A stretch of DNA of 64,000 nucleotides from Eledone cirrhosa (GCA_964016885.1 OZ024742.1:264368001-264432000); one strand, 5' to 3'. Shown: positions 26,101 through 40,324, numbered from the stretch's first letter. The notes: generated by a model not told the origin, from the sequence alone. Numbers and translations are program-made.

Positions 26101-29100
26101 ATAGCCATGCTCAGATGATGTACTCATGCATATAAATGTAACAATTAGTGAAAAGATGTAACTAAAAGTTGTTTATATGAAGACTGTGAAAAGCTGCATG
26201 CATCAGATGCAGCAGTATTACAGCATTGCTTGCACTGGGCATCAGTGCAGTTGTACCATGCAATATTAGTTGCAGAGAGCATCAGAAAGAGAGAAATAGT
26301 AGCAATAACAATGTTGACAACACAAACAGGTGCAACCACATAAATAACAACAGCAATAATTATAAGTCAACAATGAGTCTTCTACATGGTTACCTAGAAT
26401 GCTAGAGATAACAGCCAGATCTCACTACCTCACACATCCAACTAACTTTTAAAAAAAAACAATTGAAAAACACTGGATAACATAATTCATCACACATTAA
26501 AAAAAAAAATGTGATGGATATCACTGGAATTCTTTTGATCATAGGTCTGTTTGATCAGGACAGACCATGGGCTAAACAGCAATAACAACAACAACAGTAA
26601 TTACCACCTTTATTCTAAATAGGACTACAATGACGAGTAATTATGATAACAGCAGTAATAATAACACTAATACTAACAATCATTTCAACAATCATAACAA
26701 CAATAATTGTGTCATGATGTTAGTTTATATTTGTGTATGTTTAAATGAAAGTATATATGTATGTTTCAGTAGATGGGCAGTGGCTAGTTATGTATATTTT
26801 TTACTGTTTTGCACTTCTGCATATACATTTGTATGCATTCGTGTATGTAAGTATGTATTATGTATGTGTGTATATATGTGTATGTATGTATATGTATGCA
26901 TATATGTATGTATGTATGTACGTATGTATGTATGTGTATCTATGTATGTATTTATGTATATAAGTATCTATGTATGTATATATGTACCTATGTATGTTTG
27001 TATGCATGTATATATGTACCTATATGTGTTTGTATGTATGTATATATGTCAATATTATTACAGGCAAGTGATCAAATATTGTATCTATTGTAATATGCCT
27101 ACAGATGTATGTGTATAATTTTAGTGTATGAATGTGCTTATGCTAATGTCTGATATATATATATATATATAAATATATATACATATGTGTGTGTGTATAT
27201 AATTTTATGTCTGTTTCCATGATGCCATATGGCATGGAGAGTCATCATCCAAGACTAGATGGGTCAGGATACCTGTGTATTCATACCTGCATGAACATGT
27301 GTATAATTAATTATATGTGCATATTTCAATATGGATACCTAATACTATCTATATTTTACTATGTATACATATGATAATGTGTGGATTTATTGTATCCAAT
27401 ATCTCAATATCCATATGTATATATAAGCATCTGTAAATGTTTAATACACATACACTGCTTGATGCATATATTACAGGCAATAATTTGTTTATGCATACTT
27501 ATTTCAGTGTTTATACATGTGTTAATTATTTTTACATGTAGGCACATGCCAATATTCAGTTTGTGCATTGTTAAGTTTCATTTATGTGTGTGCATAGGGT
27601 TTTAGCATCTATGCATATGCAATAATTAAACCATATGTGCTCATATACTGCTTACTGCATGCAAGAACAGGCAATGTTTAAAGCAAGAACATATTCTATT
27701 AGTTGCTACAAGGGTGTATTTGAATGGCTGTTGCAGTGTTAGTATATATATCCACATGTCAGTGTTTGGTGCATATATTTATGTATTAGTGTTTTGTGAA
27801 TCATTATCAACCTCATTATCATTTACTGACCATTTCCCCTGCTAGCAAGAGTCTGCATGGATGCATTTTATAGTGGTGTCAGGACTTAGGAGGGTGTCAT
27901 ATTATTGACATCGCTGAACAGTTTCTCGATCATTTATATGGCAAGTTTTCTATGGCTGGATGGCCTTCCTATCTTCAAACATTTTATATAGTGTACTGTG
28001 TGCAATTAATCATCACAACACCAATATTAGAACGGTTGTTATGTCCTCATTCTCTTTTGGCAATGTTTCTATGGCTATATTCCCTTCCAATCACCAAATA
28101 CTTTACAGGGTATACTAGGTGTGTTTTATCATGTCCATACCAACATCAAAACTAAAGCATCCTCTCAACCCTTTGTGGCAAGTTTCTATGGCTGAATGCC
28201 CCCTTCATATCCCCAACCATTTCACAGAGTCTACTGGCTATGTTTTACCACTTGAGCAGTTTTTATGCCCTCAACACAACTGAAGAGTCTTCTCATCCTT
28301 TTTTGGCATATATTTTGACTACATATATTTATGCTCAAGTAGGGCTTATTGAATGTATGTGCAAGTTGATGTTAAGGCATGACAAGAAACATTAGTGTAT
28401 ATTGAAACAGAGCAACTGTGATGCCAGATTGCCAGGTTGTTGAGTGTGAGTTGTTTAGGAATGGGTAATGTTATGTTTTATCCACTCTTGATCATATTTC
28501 TAATAAAATGCTCTCTATTTCAATAAATTAATGGAAAATTGAGAGGAATTTAATAAAATTATTAACTATTTTATTATTAAAATAGTATTTGTAATACAAG
28601 ATAACTAAAGGTTCTTATATCAAATTATGGTGTATTGTAATCTAAATAGGAATCCTTCAAAATGGGTGTTATTTCTTTCATAGAAACAGAGGCAGTTTTG
28701 GCCAGTTTGTATGCAAAGTATTAAGTTTTCCTAAGCATCTATGGAAGATTATGAGTGATAAACTGGCATACTACCTAGCAGGATTTGAAGTTCTCATTTG
28801 CTTTGCAGGGTGAAAGCAATATTTACAAATGGTCCTTTTAACCATTTTCAGTGTTTAAAGGCAGTTTAAAGTGAGTTATTATACTAGAAACAGTGAAAGC
28901 ATTTGATGGAATCAAATACAATACCATCTCGTTTATTGAAGTTCTCAAAGGTTAACAGTGTACTGGTGAGTGACATAGAACATGTTTCTAATAGATCTGG
29001 TTCTATTAATTTTTTATTGATCATCACTGAGAAGAGAAAGTGCCTCAAATGTATTTAAAAAACAGGTTGGTCATGGTTGATTCCACCATCTTTGAGATGT

Positions 29101-29860
29101 TTAACATGTGGTTGGTAGAATAGTATTTAACTAGGTCAATGAGATATACTGTCATGTTTCCAAATTGTGAGGCAGTCAAGTGTTTTCAAATAATAAGATT
29201 TGGATTTCCAAAGGAAATTAAATAAAAATATTTTATGATTGTTTTTCATATGAATAAATTCTCTATTTTAAACAAATTTTGTTTCACTTAATGTCTTATT
29301 AAAATGATTAACTTTTGATAAAATTCAATAAAAAAATGATCACATGTGAAATGATTCATGTGAATAAATTCTCTCTCTGTAACAATTTCTACTTCATTTA
29401 ATGCGTTTTTAATAGGTTAGTGGAGATTGTTCATAAAATATGTGTGTGAGCTCTGTGAGTTTTAGAAAATTGCCTGAGGATTCTGCTACAAAATAAGTTT
29501 CACAATCACTATCATTGAGATGAAAAAAGAAAAAAGTTTTAAAAACTTTCACTCCAGAAAGGCTAGTGGAAGAGATAAAATAAGGATAAGGTTGTCAGTG
29601 AATAAGATCTATGGTATTAGAGTTTAGTTAATTTGGTAAAGGATTTCCCTAGTTTTTTAAGATTAATTTGAATTTTAAAGATATCTGGCTTCATATTCAG
29701 ACAGTTGATGGACAGGTGAATGTAAATATCTATGTAAACAAAACGCTGTGATGTTTACGAGCTCAATGTCAGTTGTTGATAGATGGATACATTGGCAGAA
29801 AGCATCCAAATAGATAACAGTAAAATACCTGTCTGTATTTTCCTAGATTTGATATATATT

Positions 29861-30062
29861 TGCAAGGGTCAGCTGAAAAGTTCATAGGCTGACTATGAAG
29901 GATTGATGCCAGAGCTAGGAAATCTTACATGCATTAATGTCAATTCTTCTTATTGATAACTGCATTGTTTCCACCCAGGGAATATGTTGAACAATAAACC
30001 TCATTTGCTCATTCCATGAGAGTATCTTCAAATGCCTATGAACTTTTCAGCCAACACTTGTA
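29861..30062. mobile_element. Mariner-derived MITE (deletion derivative of the family at 60130-61383)
   Basis: TIRs caagggtcagctgaaaagttcataggc and gcctatgaacttttcagccaacacttg. The internal parts match both ends of the 60-61 kb mariner. Confidence 0.85.
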
Positions 30063-30424
30063 TATAAACTTACATAAATATATTTATATATACTTACATA
30101 CATATATTTATATATATTTACATACACATATATATACATAACATCATCATCATTTTTATCTGTTTTTTCTATATTGATGGATTAGAAAAGTCTTCTCTCC
30201 TATGGCTTCCCGCGTCTTGTCTCTATTATTTGTTATCTACTTTATGATGTTCATACAGCATCATTAGATCTGTCCTAAACAATTCATTCTTGGTCTTCCT
30301 CTTTCACAATTCCTTTCACTGCCGGTTCTTCACCCAATGACCACCATCCGTATGCAGTGGGTATCTGTGCAGAGTGTTACCTTTCTACTGTGCACTAATT
30401 CTAATTCCTCTTACACACAGTTTT

Positions 30425-30468
<44 letters not shown>

Positions 30469-30988
30469 GGGGTGTATAGATAGAGGGTATTAGCACTTGG
30501 AAAGACAAACAGAAGCATTGTTTCTCAGTCCGAATTGATGGAAGTTTGGCAGCGCGGTCAGTTGGCCCTCCTGATTGCCTTTGAGCCAGAAACTCTTTTC
30601 CTCATTTTTTTTTTTTTTGCTTTCTCTCCTTATAGCCTCTTGAATTGTGTTTACCATTATTCCTTTATTATATAATTATTATGCAATATACACCTGGTGA
30701 TGTCATCAGGATCTTATGTAACCTGGTCACTAAAATGTACATAGTGTTTGCTGAAATAAATCTTTGAAGGAATTTCACCATTCCGGCCTCCTCTAATTTT
30801 ACTCAATTCCAATTACCTCTGTTCTGCACCATCAACAATATTCAACATCAAACATAGATGAGTTGCATAACGTTGAGTGCTTTTCCTAATATGTTGGCTT
30901 ACGGAATAATCAATTCTATCCAGTGGTTAACCACGAAATTTAAACATATGTCATCATCGTTTAACGTCCATTTTCCACGCTAGCATGG

Positions 30989-31019
<31 letters not shown>

Positions 31020-31052
31020 AGAACAAAAGATGGTTTAAAAGAGTTCCATGTA

Positions 31053-31119
31053 TTTTATTATGCGCATTTCAAAAACAAATATCATCATGCAATAATATTT
31101 GTGTTTTCATCAGATAAAA
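31053..31119 (-). ncRNA. Minimal type-I hammerhead ribozyme with canonical core
   Basis: Minus strand reads ttttat-CTGATGA-aaacacaaatat(tattgcatgatg)atatttgttttt-GAAA-tgcgca-TA-ataaaa. It lies on a ~190-bp unit between two (TA)n tracts. Confidence 0.85.
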
Positions 31120-31212
31120 CAGGAAGACATGATATGAAGGTTAAAAAACACTTGTGGATAGTGCAGTTTTAAATCAACATTGCTTTATTGTACTACAATA
31201 AAACTCACCTCC

Positions 31213-31259
<47 letters not shown>

Positions 31260-31384
31260 TCATCATTTTACGTCCACTTTTCCCTGCTTGCAAGGGTGGG
31301 ACGATATATACATACATACATATATATGGTGGCTGCCAACTCGTTTTCGAGTACGGCCACTACTTTATATCCATGTAGGAGAAC

Positions 31385-31935
31385 TCCTACCGCTGCGCTG
31401 AACGAATGTAACTTTAGTCCAGCCAGCGACTTGAAAACTCTGGTACAAACACTACACCTGTGACAATTATTGACACATAGTGCTAGGTCCATGGTACCAT
31501 GTGACGACAAGTGCAGAGAGATCTCCAGATACAAAGCAATGCCTGTGCCGTGAAGCTTTTATAGTGAGCAAAGGCACTGCACAAAGCCAGTCCCACTCTC
31601 TTAACCAAGATGATATTTACCAAAAAGAAGAACAAGTCAACATCATTGGATACCATCAGGGTTGCAGGTGTTATATCAGAGTTTTCCTTCTCCTAGAATT
31701 CTGCCTTGACAAAGGCTAAGGGGTCATCTCTCCCAGTGATTTTGGATGGCCATTGACTCTTAAGAGCTCCTTTGCCCTTTGACAGGTTTTGTTTTTAGTC
31801 CTGCAGGATGTCCAAAGTCACCCTCCTCACCAAGAAACCTTGGTGGGGTTGCCAGTTTAGTCGCCAACGACCCGACCATGAGACAGGTTGTACTGGGATA
31901 CATGTTACCAGTAGCACCAACTGGTTACCTGACAC
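31385..31935 (-). mobile_element. Internally deleted RTE-type element (5' UTR-like part joined to a C2H2-encoding 3' end)
   Basis: The 3' part encodes CSVCTRVFKSLAGLKLH. The 5' part carries agttttccttctcctag..tgccttgacaaaggcta, which I recall as typical of RTE 5' UTRs. Confidence 0.5.
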
Positions 31936-31965
31936 ATACATATATATATATACATATATATAAAC

Positions 31966-32002
<37 letters not shown>

Positions 32003-32062
32003 TATACACATATATATACATATATATATGTATATATATATATATGCATACATAAGTGTATA

Positions 32063-32094
<32 letters not shown>

Positions 32095-32530
32095 CACTTA
32101 TGTATGCATATATATATATATATATATATACATATATATGCATATGTATATAGGAACGGCATCCAGCCATAGGAAACTTGCCAAAGAGCTGGGAACACTC
32201 TTCATTAGTATCAATGACTAAACCCTAGTGTTGGTATCAACAATGATAAATGGAAAAGTTGTTGATGATCAGAATGGCATCCAGCTGTAGAAAATTTATT
32301 AAAGAAAGATTTGCAAAGACTCATCAACTATGTCAAATATATGAGGAGCTCTCCAGTGTTGGTGCCACGATAAAATGCACAGATCGTGGGAGTTTTTGTA
32401 TGCAAGTTGCAGGTGGCTAGTATGTTTTAGAAACCAGTAGATCTGCTTGAGTACTGACGTAGTCTGTGCTGAGCTGACCAAACTATGCCAGCAGGGAAAG
32501 TTGACATAGAACAATTATAATGATGATGTG

Positions 32531-32561
<31 letters not shown>

Positions 32562-32575
32562 ACATATGCAAGCAT

Positions 32576-32698
<123 letters not shown>

Positions 32699-32939
32699 TA
32701 TATATATATATATATATGTAATTATGTATGCATGTATGTGTGTATATCATCATTATCATCATCATCATCGTTTAACGTCTATCTTCCACGCTAGCATGGG
32801 TTAGACGGAAGTTGTCCCACTTGAGGCAAGATTGGTGACCGTTACTCGCTCGTATAGGATATACATATAAATATTTTACCATCATCATCATCATCTTCGT
32901 TTATTATATATATAATTATATATTATGTGCACACACACT

Positions 32940-32970
<31 letters not shown>

Positions 32971-33038
32971 ATGCATGTACATATAATTATATATGTATAT
33001 GTATATATTTATATATATGTAAACTTCCTCGTTTTTTC

Positions 33039-33083
<45 letters not shown>

Positions 33084-33187
33084 CACAATTATATATATAT
33101 ATATATACATATGCTTGCCTGTGCACATACACTCATATATGCATATATGTGCGTATATATATATATATGTATGTGAGAGTGTATGTA

Positions 33188-33223
<36 letters not shown>

Positions 33224-33944
33224 TGTATGTATGTATATAATGTACATGTGTGTGTGAGAGGAAGAATATGATAGATGGTCAGACTGATAAACAACTGTGC
33301 AAAGGTAATATACTGAAGATTATCTAAATGATAATGCATAGTGGATGGCCGTTTTTTAAATTTTTTTTGTATTTTTTTTTTTTTTGCATTGAACTAGATG
33401 AAAAAAACAACAACAAAAATTAATCAATCATAACTAAAATTCAAAGAAAATGAATGCAAACAAGCACAGAGTAATGACTACTATATAGCTCTCAATATAC
33501 TAATGTGTCTGTGTGAGTGTGTATAATATTGAGACTCCAAATATGCGCATGTGTATGTATGGTGTGTGTTGGGCAGTGGTTAGGTCAGTTTACATTACAA
33601 GGAACATGTTAGAAGACTGGGAATTCTTGGAATCTCACTCTATATACTCCCCTTCTTTACATACTGCCGCTAGTCTCGATATTTTCCATGAAGATGCCAG
33701 TACACATGTAATTGACAATGTCAACGGTTTGTTTGCTATTTCTGATCTCTCTCTAACTATCTCTCTCTTTCTCTCTCTCCCTCCCTCTATTTCTCTCTGT
33801 CTCTCTCCTTCCTCCTCTTTCTGTCTTTATTTATCTGTCTAACTATCTATCTATCTATCTATGTGTATACTTCTATATATCTATCTATGTAACCCCTCTC
33901 TCTCTACCTTCCTTGTTATTTATTTACATTGCTTTTACCATTGT

Positions 33945-33988
<44 letters not shown>

Positions 33989-34309
33989 TATCATCATCAT
34001 CATTATTGCTGTTGTTACTATTATTGTTATTATTTAGATTACCATTATCATCATGTCTTTTGTTGTTACTTTTTATTATGATGTACCCCAACCCGCCACA
34101 CTCTGATGTTTATATTTTTCTATTTCCTCATGTCCAGTGTTTTGGGCCATTGTGGCCAATAAAAGAAATCATTCTCATTACTATTAGTTTTATCATTATT
34201 ATTATCATGATTATTATTATTATTGTTGTTATTATTATCATTATTAATTCAATTATAATTATAATCATCATCCTTATTGCTGTTACTATTATCATTATTA
34301 TTATTATTG

Positions 34310-34474
34310 TTAGAGCATCAGACACCATGCTTTGCATCATAGAGTTATGGCCCTTTACGTTCTGAGTTCAAATCCCGTCGAGGTTAATTTTGCCTTTTCA
34401 TCCTTACATGGTCCATAAAATAAAGAACCAGTAATCCACTGGGGTAATTGCTGGCCTTGTGCCAAAAGTAGAAA

Positions 34475-34476
<2 letters not shown>
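34310..34476 (+). mobile_element. tRNA-derived SINE copy in an (ATT)n field
   Basis: B-box and core match the consensus. Confidence 0.85.
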
Positions 34477-34511
<35 letters not shown>

Positions 34512-34743
34512 GTTCTTTGAGTCTCAGTCATTGATGTTATTTAACTGGAAAGTTTGTTGAAATCAAATATGAAGCCGCTACCTGCAGCCTCAGATATTCA
34601 GGACGTATCGGAGGGTTCTTGCTGTTCCCAGCAAGCATGCCTTTTGAAGTGTTCCAAAAAGCGGGGCTGGAATAATCTTCTTTAACCATCCTTGGAAACT
34701 CTTTGAGATAGTACCTAGTGCGCCTATGACAATTGGGACAACC
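34512..34743 (-). mobile_element. 3' end of a Dong/R4 element inserted in (TAA)n
   Basis: Minus strand encodes VVPIVIGALGTISKSFQGWLKKI..LQKACLLGTARTLRYVLNI*. (ATT)n lies on both sides. Confidence 0.8.
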
Positions 34744-35039
34744 TATTATTATTATTATTATTACTACTATTTGGTGTGGAAGGTTGTTTAAGATTTGTGG
34801 GGTTCTGAAATAACCCTAGATGATGTTCCCCACTATTGGGGATTTCTTTTATTTTGAATTTTTTGTTACAAGTTATCAATTGTTTACACGCTTTTCAATG
34901 TAAATTCCTACTGTCCCTGTCCTTTGTATAGTCCATAATATGTTTGGCCTGAGTAACCAATAAAGAAATTATATATTATTATTATTATTGTTATTGTTTT
35001 TGTAGTTGTTGTTGCCGCTGTTTTGTTAACATTATTTGT

Positions 35040-35212
35040 TCTGTGAATTGGCAGTATCGGTAGTGTTGGACACCATGCTTTGACGCATAGAGTTACGGTC
35101 CTTGCCAATCTAAGTTCAAATCCCGCCGAGGTTAACTTTGCCTTTCATCCTTACGGGGTCGATAAAATAAAGTACAAGTAATGTGGCCTTGTGCCAAAAG
35201 TAGAAACAATTA
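35040..35212 (+). mobile_element. tRNA-derived SINE copy (a 3' fragment also at 36322-36398)
   Basis: Consensus match. Confidence 0.85.
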
Positions 35213-36873
35213 TTTGTTCTGTATGCTACATATAGTAACACTAAAACTTTAGTTTCAGATACTGTGTGATAAGATTTCATGCCACTTTCAGTTGCTAGTG
35301 CACTTAAAGAAAACATTTAGCTCCTAACACTTCAATCCCTTTTTCCATAAATTATTTTGGCATTTTTTTAACCTTAAACAGAAGTTTCTTTTGTTGTTTT
35401 TGATAATTGTTTTGTTATTATTGTTAAAACTATAGAAAGCATTGCTCTTATCTTGATTATTATTATTAGTAGTAATAGTACCCTTACGCTTAACCCTTTA
35501 GTAACTAGTAACTAAACCTAAAAAGATGCAGGCATCACAATGAACCCATCTAGCACACACACACATACACATTCTCAGTCTGGAAATTGCTTACTTGTAG
35601 GTTTATGTCTAACAGCTGTTGTGTGCAGGATGGATCCTGCTATCAGCTGAATATATTGTGGTCAACACACCACCTTGTTTTGGCAAGAAAGCATGGTTAC
35701 TCTTCCTCTGTCTGGTGGTTATTTGGTGGACATGGTTGAACAGCTTGAGCACAGAGTTTTTCCTCTCAGCCCTTATAAACTTTTTTAAGTATCCTTTGAA
35801 GAGGAAAGTGAGGGTATAGGAGAAGGTGCTATCCTTAAGTATAATTTTATAAAAGGCTATGAGAGGGGTCAAATTGGTGTGGTTATTCTAATTATGCAGC
35901 TGTACATTAAAGGTAAGAACATAGAGAAAGCACTTTTCTCGGGTGTGTTTGGATATTTGTGTGTGAAATGACCTGAAACACCCTGTGTGGCCTTATTTTG
36001 GGGTGCTTCCTTGTTATTTTGTTGTTTTATAAGGTCATAGCTATTTATTATAATTCATTTACCAGTTCTGTTTTGTTATGGTTGACCACATGCTTTTGCA
36101 CTTTGTTTTTCATTTGTGGTTTTCTTATGTAACATGCCTTTGTACTGTCTCCAATGTTTTGGATCCTTATGACCAATAAAACAAAATCATTATTAACAAA
36201 ACAAGTTTGTTTTGAAGACAGCGTGCAAAGTTTGAAATTAAGTTGAAATATAAGTTTACTCTGTATTTTGACTAAAGAAATTAACCTGATAGTGAGGATT
36301 TTTAAAAACCCTCACTTTTATTATGGGGTCGATAAAATAAAGTACCAGTAATACACTGGGATATTTGCTGGCCTTGTGCCAAAAGTAGAAACAATTATTA
36401 TTAGCAATGATTATATGTTGATAGAAGCAGTAGAATGTTGAACTCTATGCTTTACAGTATTTTGTTTTGTAAACTCTTTGTTCCTAATTCAGAATCTGGT
36501 AGGAATTGATCAAACAAATTACCAATAGTATTCAGGGAAATACTATTTAGTAGTATTCAGTTATATTCTATTAAATACATATAAGGCTTTTCTACAAATG
36601 TTCAGTTTTGAGCTTATGTAAGGAATCATCATCTTGTCATTGTTATCATCGTTTTCATCATTTTCATCATCACCTTCCTCATCATCATTGTTGTTCTTAG
36701 CATTGAGTTCTTATTCCTGTTAGCATTGAGTTAGCATTCCTATTAGCTAGGCTATCTGTAGAATATAAATGTGTTCACAGCAAAACAATTCTACTTCTCA
36801 TGTTCAATACTTCAATACCCTTGGAAAGATATGACTAAAAGAAAATTCCTTTCCTTATGATATATATTATCAC

Positions 36874-36921
<48 letters not shown>

Positions 36922-37360
36922 TATTTAACGTCCATTTATCCACACTAGCATGGGTTAGATAAGTTGTCCCATAGTGACAAGTCAGATCAAATGACCATCT
37001 CTTGCTCATATAGAACTGTTTTTTACCTGGTTTCCATGGCTAGATGCCCTTCCTAACACCAACCACATTTACAGGATGGACTGGGTGCTTTTTATCATGA
37101 CACCAAAATGACCACTTTACAATGTGAACTGGAAGCTTTTTGTTATGGCACCACTGATAAATTGACACTAATATTTGCCATAATCAAAATTGCCTCTTTG
37201 TTTTGTCCCCTTAAAATTATCCTTATTTGCTTGGGTTTATATTATAAGTACATCTTAAATATACTCTAACTATACAAACATATAAAATAGAATAACTAAC
37301 AGAATTATCAACATTCATGCCATCAACCCACTTCAGTTTATTTTGTGTAATTTTGCAAAT

Positions 37361-38651
37361 TACGAGATACACTCAAGAGGTTTTGAGACTTTTTATCAGA
37401 GAGACATTTATTTAACTCAGATCAACACAAAACTCTAGTCTCCCTCAAAGTAGGATGCTCCAACTTCAATGCACTCCAGCCACTTCTAGGAGCCCCTCTT
37501 GTGGTGCTCCAAAGTGAAGGTGTCCTGGGCGCTTGTCACATCTCCTCCACATTCTCAAAGTGATTACACCTGAGCTTCTTCCATTTCGGGAATGTCCATA
37601 AGTCACATGGGGCTAAGTCTGGGCTGTGGAGAGGATGCGGGACAGTCTTGATACTCATATAGATCAAGTAGTTTATCACCAAGATGGATTTGTGGCAGGG
37701 GGAATTGTCCTGGTGCAGGTGCCACTGACCAGACTTGAAGAGTTCTAGTCTCTTGCGGAAGAATCTCTTTCTGAACTGCCTCAAAGCCTCTACATAGCAC
37801 TTTGTTGACTGTCTGGCCATGGGGAACCCCGTGGATCTAGATAATGCCCTTGCTGTTGAAGAATGGGATCATCATGAGATTTCTATTAGACCTGTTTTGC
37901 CTGGCCTTCTTGGGTCTTGAGTAGTCAAAATGTTTCCACTGGACACTCTGTCTCTTGGTCTCTGGATCCCAAAAGTAGACCCAGCTCTTGTCACAGGTTA
38001 CCAGGGACTCAAGGACACTTGGATTTGAAGCAATCTACTCAACCATCTCCCTGCTGTTCTCAACACACCTCTGACTTTGATCTTCACTGAACACCCTTGG
38101 AACAAACTTTGCACATGTTCAGATTGTCATGAATGACTCTGTGCACAGTGCCCTCAACTACTTCAAATTGTTTAGCAGTCCTCAGATCAGCAGGATGGTC
38201 ATTGTCCAGAAATGTGTGAATTTTGTAGACCAACTTTGGTGTCCTGATATCCTTCTCCCTGCCACACCTCTCATCGTCACTCACCTGTCCCTGCTCTCCT
38301 GGTACCTCTTGTGCCAGCGGAAAACAGTTGTCTGGCTCATGAAAGTTAGTCTGTAAGCAGTTTTGACAATTTCATAGGTTTCTGCAGTGTTTTTGCCAAG
38401 CTTGACACAAAACTTTATTGCATATCAACCTTCCAAGTTGTCCTGATGCCCCGACTGTATTATGGAAGCAGTCAGTTGTGACAAGATATGTATGATGGAT
38501 AGTGTTTAAGATACTGTAGCAGCCCGAACATTCAACCTGGAAAGAAACAAATTAGGGATTCTAGCTTATTATACCATATGAAGAATGTTTTAAAGTCAAT
38601 TAAAGTATCTGAAAAGAAAAAGTCTCAAAACTTCTTGAGTGAATCTTGTAT
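37361..38651 (-). mobile_element. Full-length but degraded mariner (DD34D) transposon
   Basis: TIRs ta-cgagatacactcaagaggttttgagactttt and aaaagtctcaaaacttcttgagtgaatcttg-ta. Motifs HQDNSPCH and HPLHSPDLAPCDLWTFP. About 1.29 kb with TA ends. Confidence 0.92.
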
Positions 38652-38659
38652 ACTGACCA

Positions 38660-39350
38660 AAATTCTTTGTAGCCCTTTCCCCTCTTTCCCCTCTTTCCCA
38701 CTTCCCCCTTTTCCCCTCTTTATCTCTTCTTACCTCTGTTCATCTTTTCCCTTCGTTCCACCGCTTTACCTCTGCTTCCTCCTCTCCACCTGCTTAGCCC
38801 TCTTTCCATCTATTCCTACATTTCCTCTGCTTCATCCTCTTTTCATCTCCTTGCCCTCCTTGCCCACATTTCCCTTCTTTCTCTCCTTTACCTCCTTGCT
38901 CTCCCAGTTCTCCTACTTTCCTTGTAATCCCAGCTCCTTTTGCTCTCCTTGCTCTCTTTGCCTTCCTTTAACTCCTTGATTTACTTTCTCCTCTTGCCCT
39001 CCTTTCCCTCCTTGCTCACCTTGTTCTCTTGCCTTCCTTGTACTCTCAGTTCTTCTTGCCCTCCTTACCCTTCTTGCTTTTCTTACTCTCCTTGCACTCC
39101 TTGACCTCCTTGTACTCCTCGCTCTCCAAACTCTCCTTGCTCACCTTGCTTTTTGTGCTCCTTGCATTTTTTGGCTATCTTTTCCCTCTGCCCTTCGATC
39201 CTCCCATTCCTCTCCTTCTTCTCTTTCATCCTCACTTCTCCCTCGCTCCCCTATTTTTGTCCCTCTCCCCCTTTATCACTATGTCTCTCAATCTTCCCTT
39301 TCTCCACTCTTTTCTCCCCTTCCCTTCCTTTCCTCCTATTTTCCCCCATC
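38660..39350. repeat. CT-rich low-complexity tract
   Basis: About 700 bp that is almost all pyrimidine. Confidence 0.9.
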
Positions 39351-39874
39351 TTGAATGTGGGATCAAGTAGACAACGTTGTCCTGATGAGACCCAATAATA
39401 CAAAAACATGCCTGTGACTCTCACCATACCAGCAAATAAATATCAGACTGCTTATTTCTTAATTTCTTTTCTAACAAATACTGATAAGTTTTTGTTGTAT
39501 TTTTACAACTAGCAGACAAATTTCAATTCATTAAAGAGTTTCGTGTGTACTTCAATTCTTGCATCACAACTGTGTGTGTGTATTTTCCACTCTATTTTAT
39601 ATAATGAGTACTTTGACTGAGTCTGTGGTTCTTTCTATTTTGACACCTTTAAAACCAAATTGCCTGAATGAGCCCATGGTAATGTGATACAAAACAATTT
39701 ATCAAAGTGTTTATTATTTATCTAAAAACCTTTCAAATGTCATTTTAATAATATGAAATGTATATCACGAAACACTTGCAAATTCTTGATTATTTTCAAA
39801 ACTTTAGGTAATGTCTTTCATTAGAAATGTGGCAGTGAAAGGGTTAAATCGAGAAGATTAAAAAAATTCTTTCT

Positions 39875-39906
<32 letters not shown>

Positions 39907-40277
39907 TATCACATGACATCACATCATCATCATCATCATCACCATCACCATCATCGTCATCATCATCATTTTCATCGTTGTATTATTTGCTTTTCCATAC
40001 TGGCATGTGTTCCATAATTCTTTGAAGGCAGTTTTTTTTTATGGTTGGTTACCCTTCTTGATGTCAACCAATATTTAGTTTTATAAGTATGGTATATACT
40101 GTCCATTTTCATCAACCACTACACTGTATTTAGGATGGAGGGGACGGTGGGTCATATTTGTATGCAGCGTAAGACTAATATCTTTTGCTGCTTTAAACAT
40201 TGCTGATATGAAGAGACATGTGGTAAACTCACACACTCATAATAAAATACATACATACATGCTATCACACACAAATA

Positions 40278-40324
<47 letters not shown>

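Noticed and set aside
26145-26343. Short Cys-containing ORF resembling a secreted peptide
   Set aside because: No splice or promoter support and open on both strands. It is likely chance or a decayed repeat.
23678-27118. Many long ORFs rich in H/T/Y/I or C/V/M/Y
   Set aside because: These are translations of (CA), (CATA) and (TA) microsatellites. The same applies to such ORFs elsewhere in the window.
33513-33842. Possible coding exon MLEDWEFLESHSIYSPSLHTAASLDIFHEDASTHVIDNVN with a GTTTGT donor
   Set aside because: No recognisable homology and weak splice signals. It cannot be supported without RNA data.
35609-35960. Possible old PLE N-terminal/RT fragment (..FLPKQGGVLT.. resembling PADKGG)
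   Set aside because: Similarity is too weak to support by eye.
39378-39420. ctgatgagaccc..., a possible hammerhead
   Set aside because: The stem II 3' strand and GAAA are missing, so it is too degraded to call.
35490-39847. piggyBac-like ends ttaaccct...agggttaa
   Set aside because: Only a short terminal match, 4.3 kb apart, with no transposase. They are probably ends of separate small elements.
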